Positions 39,501-49,355 of a DNA stretch of 64,000 nt are shown piece after piece (position 1 is the stretch's first letter; the number at the start of each line of letters is the position of its first letter). Position numbers and translations under genes: made by a program. Source of the DNA: an uncultured Clostridia bacterium (lineage in GTDB: Bacteria; Bacillota; Clostridia; TANB77; CAG-508). The notes under the pieces are model-generated. The model made no database searches, was not told the origin of the DNA, and worked only from the letters and a program-made list of their open reading frames with translations. The stretch is taken from contig CAKOTZ010000006.1 in NCBI GenBank assembly GCA_934120395.1, positions 16,914 to 80,913 of the forward strand, read 5' to 3'.

Positions 39501-40721
39501 GGTGAAGATGACATTGATAAGGAATATGTAAAAGTACAATATTTTGATTTGGCATTAAGAAAATTCATTACAGCAGTTAATGATACTGAAGTAACAACAA
39601 GAATACCACAAGTAAGTGTAGATGAGAATGGAAAAGTTACTTATACACATACAAAAGAACCAGTATTAGTTGCAAATTCAAATATTGTAACATATACAAT
39701 TAGAGTATTTAATGAAGGTACAATGGACGGCTATGCAGAAAGCGTAAGAGACGATGTACCAGATGGATTAGAGTTCTTAGCAGATAATGAAATTAACAAA
39801 CAATATGGATGGAAATTATCAGAAGATGGAAAAACAATTACAACAGATTATCTATCAAAAGATAAGGCTGAGGATAATATAATCAAAGCATTTGATAGAG
39901 AAAAAATGGATACACCAGCATACAAAGATGTAAAGGTTGCATTTAAAGTAACAGAGGAAATGTTACCAGGAGACAGAATTTTAATAAATACAGCAGAAAT
40001 CAATAAAGATAGAAATGAAACAGATACACCAGATATAGATTCAACACCAGGAAACAATAAAGATGGTGAAGATGATATTGATAAAGAGTATGTAAAAGTA
40101 CAATATTTTGATTTATCTTTATTAAAATGGGTTAACAAAGTAATTGTTACTGAAGATGGTGAAACAACTGAAAGAGATACAGGACATACTGGTTTAGAAA
40201 ATCCAGAACCAATTGTAAAAGTTGAATTAGATAGAAAGAAATTAAAAAACACAACAGTTAAATTTGAATATACAATTAAAATTACAAATGAAGGTGAAAT
40301 CGCTGGATATGCTAAGGAAATTAGCGATTATATTCCAGATGGTTTAGAGTTTATCCAAGCTGACAATCCAAACTGGACAGAAGCAGATGGAAAGGTAACA
40401 ACTAGAGGATTAGAGGGAACTTTATTACAACCAGGTGAAAGTGCAGATGTTAAAATTATATTAACATGGATTAATAATTCAGAAAACATGGGAGTTAAGA
40501 CAAACGTTGCCGAAATTAGCGAAGATTATAATGAATTTGGAGCAAAGGATATAGATTCAACACCAAACAATAAGGTTGAAGGCGAAGATGATATTGACGA
40601 TGCACCAGTAATGCTTTCAATTAAAACTGGTGGAGCAACAGTAGTTTACTTTGGATTAATTGGAATTGTATTAGCAACAATTGCAGGTGGAATTATATTG
40701 ATTAAACGTTATGTATTGTAA
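36594..40721 (+). CDS. cell-wall-anchored thioester-domain (TED) adhesin with five tandem ~187-aa repeats and atypical sorting signal SIKTG
   Basis: Signal peptide; N-terminal domain with NAIYCIKGGPGF (Cys) and IQQLAIWHFTNPDD (TQxAIWxFT-like Gln) = Cys-Gln thioester domain signature; repeats FDLALRKFIT...DIDSTPGNNKDGEDDIDKEY; C-terminal SIKTGG + hydrophobic + KRYVL. Confidence 0.7.
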   Translation: MKRSKVLLGLVMTLVMFAIPASAFATTSHELGIVQNREDGYAYRIGVGSGGDARNLDLWKIVEYLNGGVTWNNAIYCIKGGPGFGGTITEPTDKRTYDVTYDMKKVGDIPSNYKSTLPSDTANTVTLNIGGVETEVSYTNYNAVLWILDNMYLPKHPDETQRQEMRDSLLKAAFKAQLEDADLVPPFEISQINLTDSDIEVIQQLAIWHFTNPDDIYNVGNTLPAIQISEKDSTTNYNAYSMESKRQEDAQTLYTYLVNNAMINANKYGTGENRHLTAPVQLLNTNLSSTYIDDDVVVGPFKIEKESELAYTLRPSVLNQNNEAITNYTLYKKGTEGKPVKAGETETIESLVGQEFYIAVPKTSNVTEVTLKLMVDYYESEANFWTVSGTNSEQPVVMVEKKLQTAEQKVGLNYNFDLALRKFITAVNKTAVTDRVPQVKVSENGKITYEHKKTPLVVESGDLVTYTIRIYNEGLVSGFAQEVKDDIPAGLKFLPNNETNKKYGWKLTEDGKSIVTDYLKKDDNNTNLLKAFDSKNMTVPDYKDVNVVFEVTEPNSSKNTIINTAEISDDADEHGKPIDDIDSTPNNNKDGEDDIDKEYIKLKEFDLALRKFITAVNDNKIEERVPQVKVDENGKITYTHPKTPVAVANGDIVVYTIRIYNEGQTDGYAKEITDDIPEGTEFIIDNEINVQYRWKLSADTKSVTTDYLSMERDEDNLLKAFNKDKMTTPEYKDVKIALKVTESNASKNTIINTAEISDDADKNGKPVEDIDSTPGNNKDGEDDIDKEYIKLKEFDLALRKFITSVNDKEVTTRIPQVKVDENGKITYEHTKEPVLVANSDIVTYTIRIYNEGTINGYAESVRDDVPDGLEFLPDNETNKKYGWKLSEDGKSITTDYLSKDNSKDNLLKAFDNVAMKTPDYKDVKVAFKVTDKILPKDRVLINTAEINDDTDENGKPVDDIDSTPGNNKDGEDDIDKEYVKVQYFDLALRKFITAVNDTEVTTRIPQVSVDENGKVTYTHTKEPVLVANSNIVTYTIRVFNEGTMDGYAESVRDDVPDGLEFLADNEINKQYGWKLSEDGKTITTDYLSKDKAEDNIIKAFDREKMDTPAYKDVKVAFKVTEEMLPGDRILINTAEINKDRNETDTPDIDSTPGNNKDGEDDIDKEYVKVQYFDLSLLKWVNKVIVTEDGETTERDTGHTGLENPEPIVKVELDRKKLKNTTVKFEYTIKITNEGEIAGYAKEISDYIPDGLEFIQADNPNWTEADGKVTTRGLEGTLLQPGESADVKIILTWINNSENMGVKTNVAEISEDYNEFGAKDIDSTPNNKVEGEDDIDDAPVMLSIKTGGATVVYFGLIGIVLATIAGGIILIKRYVL
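37840..40600 (+). repeat. five tandem ~560-nt coding repeats inside adhesin gene
   Basis: Repeated blocks beginning tttgatttagcattaagaaaatt... and ending gatggagaagatgatatagacaaagaatat. Confidence 0.8.
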
Positions 40722-40832
40722 TAAATAAATGAAAAAATGAATTCAAGCTAATTAAAGCTTTGAGTTCATTTTTTCTTTACAATAAAAAACAGTTATGATA
40801 TAATTTCAAAATAGTAACGAGAGGTGGAATGA

Positions 40833-41774
40833 ATGAATCAAATTCTATATGTGGAAAAAAAGAAAAAGAATAAAAAACAAACAACATTAGAAATCGATAA
40901 AATATTAATGTTTTTTGCAATAGCAATACTTGTTTTTGGTGTGGTTTTGGTTGGAGAGGGTACTTATGCAACAATAAAAAAATCAGAGTATACAAGCCAA
41001 GTAGCAAATGCAGCACCTGTTGCTAGTATTGAAAGAGAAGGACAATATCTTGTTATTAAAGCAACACATATTAAGCCAATTGAAGCTATCACATATAATT
41101 GGAATGGAGAAAAAGATACAGAAGTAATTATAAATGGGGAAAATCGTACAAGCATTACAGAAAAAATAGATTTACCTGCTGGAAACAATACATTTAATAT
41201 TGAAGTTACAGATGTAACAGGAAAATCAACAACATACAATAAAGAATTTTCAATTGAAACAGGGAGAGATATTGCAAAACCCAAAATAGACATGAATATT
41301 GTTGGAAATTACATTAAGTTAACAATTACAGATGAAACTGAATTATCTTATGTAACATATAGATGGAATGATGATAATGAAACAGAGGTAAAACCAACAG
41401 GAGCTGATAATAAAACAATAGAAGTTAATGTTGATATATTAAAAGGAAAAAATACATTTACCGTAATTGCTGTAGATTCAAGCAATAATACAACGAAAAG
41501 AGAAGAAACATTTGAGGGAAGAACAAAACCAACAATAGAGGTATATGCCGATGGAGATAGCTTCTTAATAATTGCAAAACATGATACGGCTATAGATCAT
41601 ATAGAGTATAATCTAAATGGACAGGACTATACTGTAAACAATACACCAGGACCTGAAATGCAACATCGTCAAAAAATGGCTGATGGATACAATAAAATTG
41701 TTATAAAAGCTTACAGCACGGAGGATACAGTTGAAACTTATGAAGGAGAATATACATACACATCAGGACAATAA
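40833..41774 (+). CDS. membrane-anchored protein with three Ig-like ~75-aa repeats (hypothetical)
   Basis: 313 aa. N-terminal TM; repeated KxTxxxxNGxxxTxxxxxxDLxxGxNTFxIxxTDxxGxSTT pattern. Confidence 0.5.
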   Translation: MNQILYVEKKKKNKKQTTLEIDKILMFFAIAILVFGVVLVGEGTYATIKKSEYTSQVANAAPVASIEREGQYLVIKATHIKPIEAITYNWNGEKDTEVIINGENRTSITEKIDLPAGNNTFNIEVTDVTGKSTTYNKEFSIETGRDIAKPKIDMNIVGNYIKLTITDETELSYVTYRWNDDNETEVKPTGADNKTIEVNVDILKGKNTFTVIAVDSSNNTTKREETFEGRTKPTIEVYADGDSFLIIAKHDTAIDHIEYNLNGQDYTVNNTPGPEMQHRQKMADGYNKIVIKAYSTEDTVETYEGEYTYTSGQ

Positions 41775-41792
41775 GTTGGTTAGGAGATAAAT

Positions 41793-42719
41793 ATGATACA
41801 AGAAATTTTTATAATTGATAATCAAACAGAAATGATAAAGCAAATACAAAAAATTTTCAAAGCTGAAAGAGATTTTAAATTTAAAAGTGTAAAAACTGAA
41901 GAAATCGAAATTGCATTAAAAAATATTCCTGCATTAATCATTATCAATGAAGACAATATAGATAGGGATGTTGTAGATGTTTGTAAACAAATTAGAGCAG
42001 ATGATGATAATAGTATTACTCCAATTATTGTATGTTCTTCAAAACGAGAATTAGAACACTCTTTAAGCGTTCTAAAAAATGCGGTAGAATATTATTTAAT
42101 TCAACCAATAGATAACGAATATTTGTATTATACAATAAAAAATATAGTACGATTTATGTATATAAATCGTAGAGTAAGCCCTTTAACAGGTTTACCTGGG
42201 AATGTACAGATACATGCCGAATTAAAGAAACGTTTATTGAATAAAGAGAATTTTGCTGTATTATATTTTGATTTAGATAATTTTAAAGCATATAACGATA
42301 TATATGGTTTTATCAAGGGAGACGAAATTATCAAATTTACTGCTAGAACTATTTTAGAGTATATTCATACAGCTGATTCGGGAAGCAGTTTTGTTGGACA
42401 TATTGGTGGAGATGATTTTGTAGCAATTGTAGATTCGAGCAATGATTACGAAAAAATATGTCAAAATATAATAGTGAATTTTGATTCTAAAGTATTACAA
42501 TACTTTAATGAAGAAGATAGAAAAAGAGGCTATGTAGAGGTTGCCAATAGACGTAATATTATTGAACAATTTCCACTAACATCTATTTCAATTGGAGTTG
42601 TAGATACTTGTAACCGCAAATTCCACAACATACTAGAAATTGGAGAAGTTGGAGCACAAGTAAAGCATTTGGCAAAAATAACTCCGGGAAGTACATATAT
42701 TATAGATAAAAGAAAGTAG
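41793..42719 (+). CDS. response-regulator receiver domain + GGDEF-type diguanylate cyclase domain (motif GGDDF)
   Basis: 308 aa. REC-like N-terminus; RVSPLTGLPGN...FDLDNFKAYND...HIGGDDFVAIV. Confidence 0.65.
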   Translation: MIQEIFIIDNQTEMIKQIQKIFKAERDFKFKSVKTEEIEIALKNIPALIIINEDNIDRDVVDVCKQIRADDDNSITPIIVCSSKRELEHSLSVLKNAVEYYLIQPIDNEYLYYTIKNIVRFMYINRRVSPLTGLPGNVQIHAELKKRLLNKENFAVLYFDLDNFKAYNDIYGFIKGDEIIKFTARTILEYIHTADSGSSFVGHIGGDDFVAIVDSSNDYEKICQNIIVNFDSKVLQYFNEEDRKRGYVEVANRRNIIEQFPLTSISIGVVDTCNRKFHNILEIGEVGAQVKHLAKITPGSTYIIDKRK

Positions 42720-42878
42720 AGAAAAATATATATGAAAAGTGATAAAAAAGATGTATGAAAACTTTTTTATCACTTTTTTTATTTTATGAAACTTTTGGTA
42801 AAGAAAAGTTATCTAATATATTAAGAAATTTCTAACTAAATTTATGTAAGAAGAAAGAGAGGGGATGAATAAAAGCCA

Positions 42879-43424
42879 ATGAAAAAGCTAATATGTAGAA
42901 CCAATAAAAGTATAGATGATGAATTTGTTGAATTAGTAATGGAAGCTAAAGAAAGCATGTACAAGATTGCCAGGTGCAGATTAAATAATTATGAAGATGT
43001 TTTAGATGTTACTCAAAATACAATATTATCTGCGTATAAAAATGTTACACAACTAAGGAATAAAAAACATTTTAAAACATGGATAATTAAAATTTTGATA
43101 AATGAATGCAATTTATTTTATAAAAAGCAATATAAAAATGAGAGAGTAATGGAAAATGTAAAGCTGTCAGAGCAAAAGCTTGATAAAGAATTGGAACCGT
43201 TCACTAATGTTGTAAATTCATCTATAGACTTTAAGTTACTAATGAAAGTACTAAATGATACAGAACAACTTGTTATAAGTTTATTTTATAGTAATGAGTT
43301 TAGCTGTAAAGAGATAGCTAAGATATTAGATATGAATGAAAATACGGTTAAAACTAATTTAAGGAGAGCAAAAGATAAAATTAAATTATATTACGATAAA
43401 AGGGGTGAATATAGTGAAAAATGA
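42879..43424 (+). CDS. sigma-70 family (ECF/TcdR-like) RNA polymerase sigma factor
   Basis: 181 aa. Region 2/4-like segments; followed by overlapping anti-sigma-like gene. Confidence 0.55.
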   Translation: MKKLICRTNKSIDDEFVELVMEAKESMYKIARCRLNNYEDVLDVTQNTILSAYKNVTQLRNKKHFKTWIIKILINECNLFYKKQYKNERVMENVKLSEQKLDKELEPFTNVVNSSIDFKLLMKVLNDTEQLVISLFYSNEFSCKEIAKILDMNENTVKTNLRRAKDKIKLYYDKRGEYSEK

Positions 43425-44763
43425 AAGTTATGATAAACTTGATAATATATTGTTTAATGAATTTGAAAGAAACTTGAAAATGCCAAAAGATTATGAAGAA
43501 AAAGTAAAAAGTATGCTTGATAAAACAACAGGTTATAATTCCAAAAAAAGAGCAACGGAAATGTTAAAGCATAGTTTTTTAAGAAAAGTGGCAAGTGTTG
43601 TTGTTATATTGGGAGTAGCTGGTGGTGCTGTTTATGCAGGATGTAATTTTGAAAATATAAAAAAATTTATATTTGATGGTGGAATTGGTACAGCTGTTGA
43701 AAATGGGTATGTAGCTAATATAGAACAAAATATTCAAGAGAAACAAATGCAAGTTATAGAAAATAACGAAATTATAGTTGATAACATAGAGGTAGGACCA
43801 AATATTGATAGTTTTGTTATGGATGATAGTAATTTGTGCATAAATTTTAGTTTTAATTTTGAAAATGAAATTAAAAAATATTTGAATTTGAAGGATTTGC
43901 ATTTGTTTGAATTAGAGAATTTGGTGATAACAGATGGAGAAAGCAAAATATTGTTTGAAAATTTAAACAAAGAAGACTTTGAGTCATATTGCCAAAAATG
44001 TAATTTGCAATATGAAAAAGGAGAATTTAATGAAAATTATATTAATAGTGGAGTGAATATTGTAAGTTATGATAAAACAGATAATACCATAAAGATAATG
44101 TACAATGTTTATGGTAGTAAATATCCAAAGGTTAAAAAAATAAAAATAGAGTTTAATGGGATAAGATTAGCAGAACATATAATGGATAATGAGATAGAAG
44201 ATTCTATAGTTCTGAAAGGCGAATGGAGCATAGAACTAAGCGTTCCTGAGCAAATGTATAATAGGACAAGTGAAAGTTATAAGGTTGTTAATACTAATAA
44301 TGAAAATTTTGAAGTATATAGTGCTAAAGTAAGCGATACAGGTTTTGAATTTGGAACAATTATAAAAAACTGTAAAGACACAATGAATGATGCAGATTAC
44401 ATAAACAAAATAAATGACTTACACCAAGTATTAAGTAATCCTAATATTACAGAAGAGGAAAATTTAAGAATTTCAAAAGAAATTAAAAAAATATCAGATG
44501 ACAAATTAAAAGTAATATTAACAGAAGAAATAGATGAAAATAATAAGCATGTTAAATCAACTTATGTTACAAATTCAAATGGAAAAAGATTTGAATTGGA
44601 TTTAACAGTTGGAAGAAAGCAAACTGCTAATCGTATAGATGATGATACATTTGATTATTACAATACATTTGAAATGACAAAGAAGGATTCAACAGATAAA
44701 ATTGAGGTAATATTGGATTATAGAGGAGAAAAGGTTAATATTGAACTTGAAAAAGTGAAGTAA
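43405..44763 (+). CDS. anti-sigma-factor-like single-pass membrane protein with large extracytoplasmic domain
   Basis: 452 aa. Overlaps sigma gene; cytoplasmic N-terminus, TM VASVVVILGVAGGAVYAG. Confidence 0.45.
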   Translation: MNIVKNESYDKLDNILFNEFERNLKMPKDYEEKVKSMLDKTTGYNSKKRATEMLKHSFLRKVASVVVILGVAGGAVYAGCNFENIKKFIFDGGIGTAVENGYVANIEQNIQEKQMQVIENNEIIVDNIEVGPNIDSFVMDDSNLCINFSFNFENEIKKYLNLKDLHLFELENLVITDGESKILFENLNKEDFESYCQKCNLQYEKGEFNENYINSGVNIVSYDKTDNTIKIMYNVYGSKYPKVKKIKIEFNGIRLAEHIMDNEIEDSIVLKGEWSIELSVPEQMYNRTSESYKVVNTNNENFEVYSAKVSDTGFEFGTIIKNCKDTMNDADYINKINDLHQVLSNPNITEEENLRISKEIKKISDDKLKVILTEEIDENNKHVKSTYVTNSNGKRFELDLTVGRKQTANRIDDDTFDYYNTFEMTKKDSTDKIEVILDYRGEKVNIELEKVK

Positions 44764-44940
44764 GAGTGTATAAATTAAACTTTTTAAACTTTTCAGAAAA
44801 AATGATAAATAATATGTTAACATTAATATGTTATTTCTTTTGAATCATTATTAATAGTATCTAAATCTATTTATAAATATAAATAGATTATAGATATAAA
44901 AAGAAAAAGTACTGAGGATTGTTGACAGGAGGAAAAGACA

Positions 44941-45381
44941 ATGAAACGGTTATTTAGCATAGTGGTAACTTGTTTGATATTGGTAGGAATGACTTCGATA
45001 GTGTTTGCTGCCGATAAAAATAATTGGGATTATGGTGTTCATGCAGTTGGGGATATGAATTTAACTGATTGCACGTATACACCAGTTAAGACCATGTTGA
45101 ATTCTGGAAATGTAACAGTTTCAGGTAATTTTCATACCACAGATGGTGGTTCGAAAGGGGCATTGACTGTTAAGGTGTATAACGCTACAACAGGAGCATT
45201 AATTACTGAAAGTTGTACCGAAGAAGGCGTAACAGGAGTAACATCTAGTTTTAGTGTGCCAACATTTTATGTGGGGCAAGGCCAAAAAATAAGACTTTGG
45301 TTTGATATTAGTAGTGCTTCTAGTGTTTCATCAGGACCATATCGTCGTGCATATATAGATTATCAATATGTTATGAATTGA
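44941..45381 (+). CDS. small secreted beta-rich protein (hypothetical)
   Basis: 146 aa. Signal peptide ...SIVFA|ADK; no known domain. Confidence 0.45.
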   Translation: MKRLFSIVVTCLILVGMTSIVFAADKNNWDYGVHAVGDMNLTDCTYTPVKTMLNSGNVTVSGNFHTTDGGSKGALTVKVYNATTGALITESCTEEGVTGVTSSFSVPTFYVGQGQKIRLWFDISSASSVSSGPYRRAYIDYQYVMN

Positions 45382-45424
45382 TATGGTAAATTAATTATAT
45401 ACTGTACTTTTTCTTTTTTCTCCA

Positions 45425-46144
45425 TCACAATTGATGGAGATTTTTCTTATATATATTAAATAGTATGGCATAGATTATGTCTTTAGGTTTTAATTTAACA
45501 TTATTGTAGATTTTAAAGTAACTAGAAAAAGTTAATATGTCACATTCATAAAACATTTCATCAATGGAATTAGAAATAGAAGATTTTATTGAACTAATTG
45601 TTCTTTTATATTTTGCTGATAACACAGGATACACATATGTATTAAAGTTAATGTAATCGTATATATTGTTTTTATAAAGAAATTGAATTATATCAATTAT
45701 ATAGGTAGTGCCAATGCGATTTAAATCAAATTTTAAATGTATTAATTCGTTTTGAATAATAATATATAAGTCATTTCTACTAAGAGACCAGTTAAATAAA
45801 ATATTACGAAGACCAAAGCTAAAGTCTTTGGGAGATATACAGTCAAATATAGAATTACTATTATTTTTTTCGGTATTTAAATAGTGATTGGATGTTATTA
45901 AAACAATATTTTGATTCATAGTTAAATTTTTCTCTATTTCCCTAATTAGTGATAATTCTTGAAATTTTTTAAAATGTGAATCTATAATTATCAAATCAGT
46001 TTGTAATTCAATTAAATCAGAAATAATGTTTTGTGAAATAAAGATAACCTTATTTAATCTGGCATCAGTGCAAAATGGAAAAATACTATTTGCTATTGCA
46101 ATAATATTTTGAGAATCATAGCCTACTATAGAAATATTAATCAT
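45425..46144 (-). CDS. orphan receiver-domain-like protein (hypothetical regulator)
   Basis: 239 aa. N-terminal MINISIVGYD...LIIIDSHF...NIVLITS resembles CheY-like REC. Confidence 0.4.
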   Translation of the reverse strand: MINISIVGYDSQNIIAIANSIFPFCTDARLNKVIFISQNIISDLIELQTDLIIIDSHFKKFQELSLIREIEKNLTMNQNIVLITSNHYLNTEKNNSNSIFDCISPKDFSFGLRNILFNWSLSRNDLYIIIQNELIHLKFDLNRIGTTYIIDIIQFLYKNNIYDYINFNTYVYPVLSAKYKRTISSIKSSISNSIDEMFYECDILTFSSYFKIYNNVKLKPKDIIYAILFNIYKKNLHQL

Positions 46145-46364
46145 AAATATAATCTCCTTACTATAACATAATTATTTAATATTTTTAATGACAAAAACAT
46201 TAAATAAATACAAGTTTGTATTCTATATTAAATAGACAGTTAGAAAATAAAACTTAGTCTCATGATATAAAAAATATTAACAAAAATGTAATTAAATAAA
46301 TCTAACTATATGCAATTTAAATATAAAAAATTATATAAAATATTGAAAGGATTAGATTATAGTA

Positions 46365-46916
46365 GTGAACGAATTAGTAAAAAGAGCAAAAAATGGGGAT
46401 AAAAAGGCATTTACTAAATTGATTAAAATAATATCAGAAGATTTATATAGAATGGCAAGAATACGTTTAAAAAATGAAATAGATATTAATGAAGTGGTTC
46501 AAGAAACAATAATAAAAATATATAAATCAATAAAAACGGTAAGAAGGGAAGAGGCGTTTAAAAAATGGGCAATTAAAATATTAGTTAATTGTTGCAATGA
46601 TGTATATAACAAATCGTATAATAAATATGAATTCCTAGAAGAAAATATAGAGAAAGTTTACGTAAACAAAAACTGTTTTGATTGTGATATTGAGAAAAAA
46701 ATTGATGACATGGACTTTGAAATATTAATAAGAAAATTAAGTTATAAGGAAAGAATAGTACTTACACTATATTATTCAGATGGATTAACTTCGAGACAGA
46801 TAGGAAAAATATTAGAAGAACCTGAAAGTACAATAAAAAATAGAATAAATAGAGCGGTTAAGAAATTAAGATTTTCGTATGAAGTTGAGAGTTATAAAGA
46901 AACAATTGAAAATTAA
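46365..46916 (+). CDS. sigma-70 family ECF-type sigma factor
   Basis: 183 aa. GTG start; AFTKLIKIISEDLYRMARIRL...region 4 HTH LTSRQIGKILEEPESTIKNRINRAVKKL. Confidence 0.65.
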   Translation: MNELVKRAKNGDKKAFTKLIKIISEDLYRMARIRLKNEIDINEVVQETIIKIYKSIKTVRREEAFKKWAIKILVNCCNDVYNKSYNKYEFLEENIEKVYVNKNCFDCDIEKKIDDMDFEILIRKLSYKERIVLTLYYSDGLTSRQIGKILEEPESTIKNRINRAVKKLRFSYEVESYKETIEN

Positions 46917-46975
46917 GTAAAAAAATTAAATGTCATTAAATTAAAAGACAAATAAAGAGCAAATTTATGCTCTTT

Positions 46976-48025
46976 TTATATATTCAAATTAAAAAGATTT
47001 GTATTAGCTAAAATTATGTATGTATAAAACAGTGCAAAGTTTGCATGTAATAGTTTGCCTAAAATATATGGCTTTATAGAAATTCCATTCTTAGATGTGA
47101 TGCTTAACACTTGCAATGCAACTGAAATTCCACCAAAGCCTAATAAAAATGAACAAAGTAAAATACTTAAAGAAATATTTTTAGTAGGTAAGTTACAAAT
47201 TTGTTGAACACCATTTGTAAGTTCAATAACTCCAGTATATAAACCTTCTAAAAAATGACTATCTATACCCAAATTAGCTAACAAAGGTGAAGTGAAAAAT
47301 ATAATTATATCAAAGAAATGACTATTATGTAACATAGATGTTATAACAGAAAATAAGACTACAAAACCACCTATCATAACGACAGTGTTGGTTGCATTTT
47401 TTATGCTTGAGCCTAGAACGTCACCTAAATTGCCAAAACTAACAGAGTTCATTGAAGAATCAGCATAATCACGATAATATGTATGTTTTTTTCTTTTCCA
47501 AAAACGAAAAATAAATCCAACTGTAATACAAGCAAGAATGTGTGTGAAAAGTAGCAAAAATCCTGTTTTACTATCACCAAATAAGCTTATACCAACTGTA
47601 CCTACAATAAAAAGTGGACCAGAGTTATTAGTGAAAGCAAGAAGCCTTTCACATTCTTCCATGGTGCAAATGTTTTTTTCTTTAAAATTAGAAACAATTT
47701 TAGCTCCAGTTGGATAACCACTAATAATTCCCATAATAAAAGCAAATGCACCTTCTCCAGGAACATTAAACAAAGGGCGCATAATGCCATTTAAAAGATT
47801 GCCTAAGTGATAAATAATATTTGTATGGCATAGTAGTTCTGTTGCAATAAAAAATGGAAACAATGAGGGTACGACAGAGTTTGCCCACAAGTTTAAACCC
47901 TGTTTAGCTGCTAATAAATTATCTTTAGAAAAGGTAATTAAACAAATAGTAAACAAACAAAAACAAGTAGGAATAATACTTCTTTTAATGGATAAAATTA
48001 AAAAATTTATTTTTGGAACATGCAC
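46976..48025 (-). CDS. sporulation integral membrane protein YlbJ-like (nucleoside-recognition-domain membrane protein)
   Basis: 349 aa polytopic membrane protein, YlbJ-family resemblance. Confidence 0.55.
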   Translation of the reverse strand: MHVPKINFLILSIKRSIIPTCFCLFTICLITFSKDNLLAAKQGLNLWANSVVPSLFPFFIATELLCHTNIIYHLGNLLNGIMRPLFNVPGEGAFAFIMGIISGYPTGAKIVSNFKEKNICTMEECERLLAFTNNSGPLFIVGTVGISLFGDSKTGFLLLFTHILACITVGFIFRFWKRKKHTYYRDYADSSMNSVSFGNLGDVLGSSIKNATNTVVMIGGFVVLFSVITSMLHNSHFFDIIIFFTSPLLANLGIDSHFLEGLYTGVIELTNGVQQICNLPTKNISLSILLCSFLLGFGGISVALQVLSITSKNGISIKPYILGKLLHANFALFYTYIILANTNLFNLNI

Positions 48026-48200
48026 AAAATATCACCTGTTACAATATATAGCCATGAATATATAAATATTCACAAAATTTATGTAAAACACTTGAAAAGT
48101 TGGCACAAATATGATAAAATTTCAACGTTGGAATAGTGAAAACTATAATCCTTACCTATATTAAATATATAGGTTATAAGCCAAGAGGAGGTGTAAAATA

Positions 48201-48485
48201 ATGAACAAATACGAAAGTGTTATCATTATTAATCCAAACGTAGAAGAGCAAACAATTAAAACATTAATTGCTAAATTTACAGATTTGATTAATAATGACG
48301 GAAAGCTAGAAAAAGTTGATGAATTAGGCAAGAAAAGATTAGCATACGAAATTAAAAAGCAAAAAGAAGGATACTATATTGTATTCTATTTTGAAGCAAA
48401 TCCAACTTTAATAGCTGAACTTGAAAGAGTATATAGAATTGCAGATGAAGTAATGAAGTTTATAGTTGTAAGACAAGAAGATTAA
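48201..48485 (+). CDS. rpsF: 30S ribosomal protein S6
   Basis: 94 aa. MNKYESVIIINP... Confidence 0.92.
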   Translation: MNKYESVIIINPNVEEQTIKTLIAKFTDLINNDGKLEKVDELGKKRLAYEIKKQKEGYYIVFYFEANPTLIAELERVYRIADEVMKFIVVRQED

Positions 48486-48529
48486 TAAATTTCATGGGGG
48501 CCTTTATAATAGAAAGGGTGTAAAAGCTA

Positions 48530-48949
48530 ATGAATAAAGTGATTTTAATGGGTCGTTTAACAAGAGATCCTGAGGTAAGATATACACAAACAAATAATAC
48601 ATTAGTAGCTTCTTTTAGTTTAGCAGTTAATAGAAGATTTGTTAGACAAGGAGAAGAAAGACAAGCAGATTTTATTAATATTGTTGCTTGGAGCAAACTT
48701 GGAGAATTTTGTAGTAAATATTTCAAAAAGGGACAACAGGTAGGAATTATTGGTAGAATCCAAACAAGAACATGGGATGACGAAAATGGTGTAAAACATT
48801 ACATTACAGAAGTAGTTGCAGAAGAGGCATATTTTGCTGATAGTAAAAGAGACGGAGAATCATCAAGCTTCGAAAATACTTTTGGAAGTACAGTAGCTTC
48901 CGCAAACTCAGAGTTTACGGTATCTTCTGACGATGATTTACCATTCTAA
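48530..48949 (+). CDS. ssb: single-stranded DNA-binding protein
   Basis: 139 aa. OB fold, C-terminal DDDLPF tail. Confidence 0.93.
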   Translation: MNKVILMGRLTRDPEVRYTQTNNTLVASFSLAVNRRFVRQGEERQADFINIVAWSKLGEFCSKYFKKGQQVGIIGRIQTRTWDDENGVKHYITEVVAEEAYFADSKRDGESSSFENTFGSTVASANSEFTVSSDDDLPF

Positions 48950-48969
48950 GAGAAATGGGGGTAAGAAAG

Positions 48970-49251
48970 ATGGCTGATAAAAAGCAAAACAATAGAAGAA
49001 ATAGAAATAATGGCGATGATGATTTCAATCCTAGATTTAGAAAAGTAAGAAAAAAGGTTTGTCCTTTATGTAGCGATAAAAATCTAGTATTGGATTACAA
49101 AAATGCAGATCAATTAAAAAAATTTATTAATGATAAGGGTAAAATATTACCAAGAAGAGCAACAGGAGCTTGTGCAAAACATCAAAGAACAATTACTTTA
49201 GCTGTAAAAAGAGCTAGACATATTGCTGTTCTTCCATTTACACAAAACTAA
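48970..49251 (+). CDS. rpsR: 30S ribosomal protein S18
   Basis: rpsF-ssb-rpsR operon; KKVCPLC...[14 protein letters not shown]. Confidence 0.92.
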   Translation: MADKKQNNRRNRNNGDDDFNPRFRKVRKKVCPLCSDKNLVLDYKNADQLKKFINDKGKILPRRATGACAKHQRTITLAVKRARHIAVLPFTQN

Positions 49252-49261
49252 GAGATTTTAA

Positions 49262-49305
49262 AAGGTCATAAACTTGATATATATCAGTTTATGACCTTTT
49301 TTAAA
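49262..49305 (+). terminator. rho-independent terminator after rpsR
   Basis: aaaaggtcataaact-...-agtttatgaccttttttaaaa. Confidence 0.8.
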
Positions 49306-49355
49306 ATAAAAAAGCAAAGAAAATCTCCTAGAGAATATCTCTAAGAGATTAGAGC

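Noticed and set aside
37873-40252. Several 70-135-aa minus-strand ORFs (37873..38196, 38216..38452, 38418..38666, 38711..39016, 39350..39568, 39848..40252)
   Set aside because: Antisense to the adhesin's tandem repeats; paralogous to each other only because the sense strand is repeated; Ser/Leu/Phe-rich antisense composition
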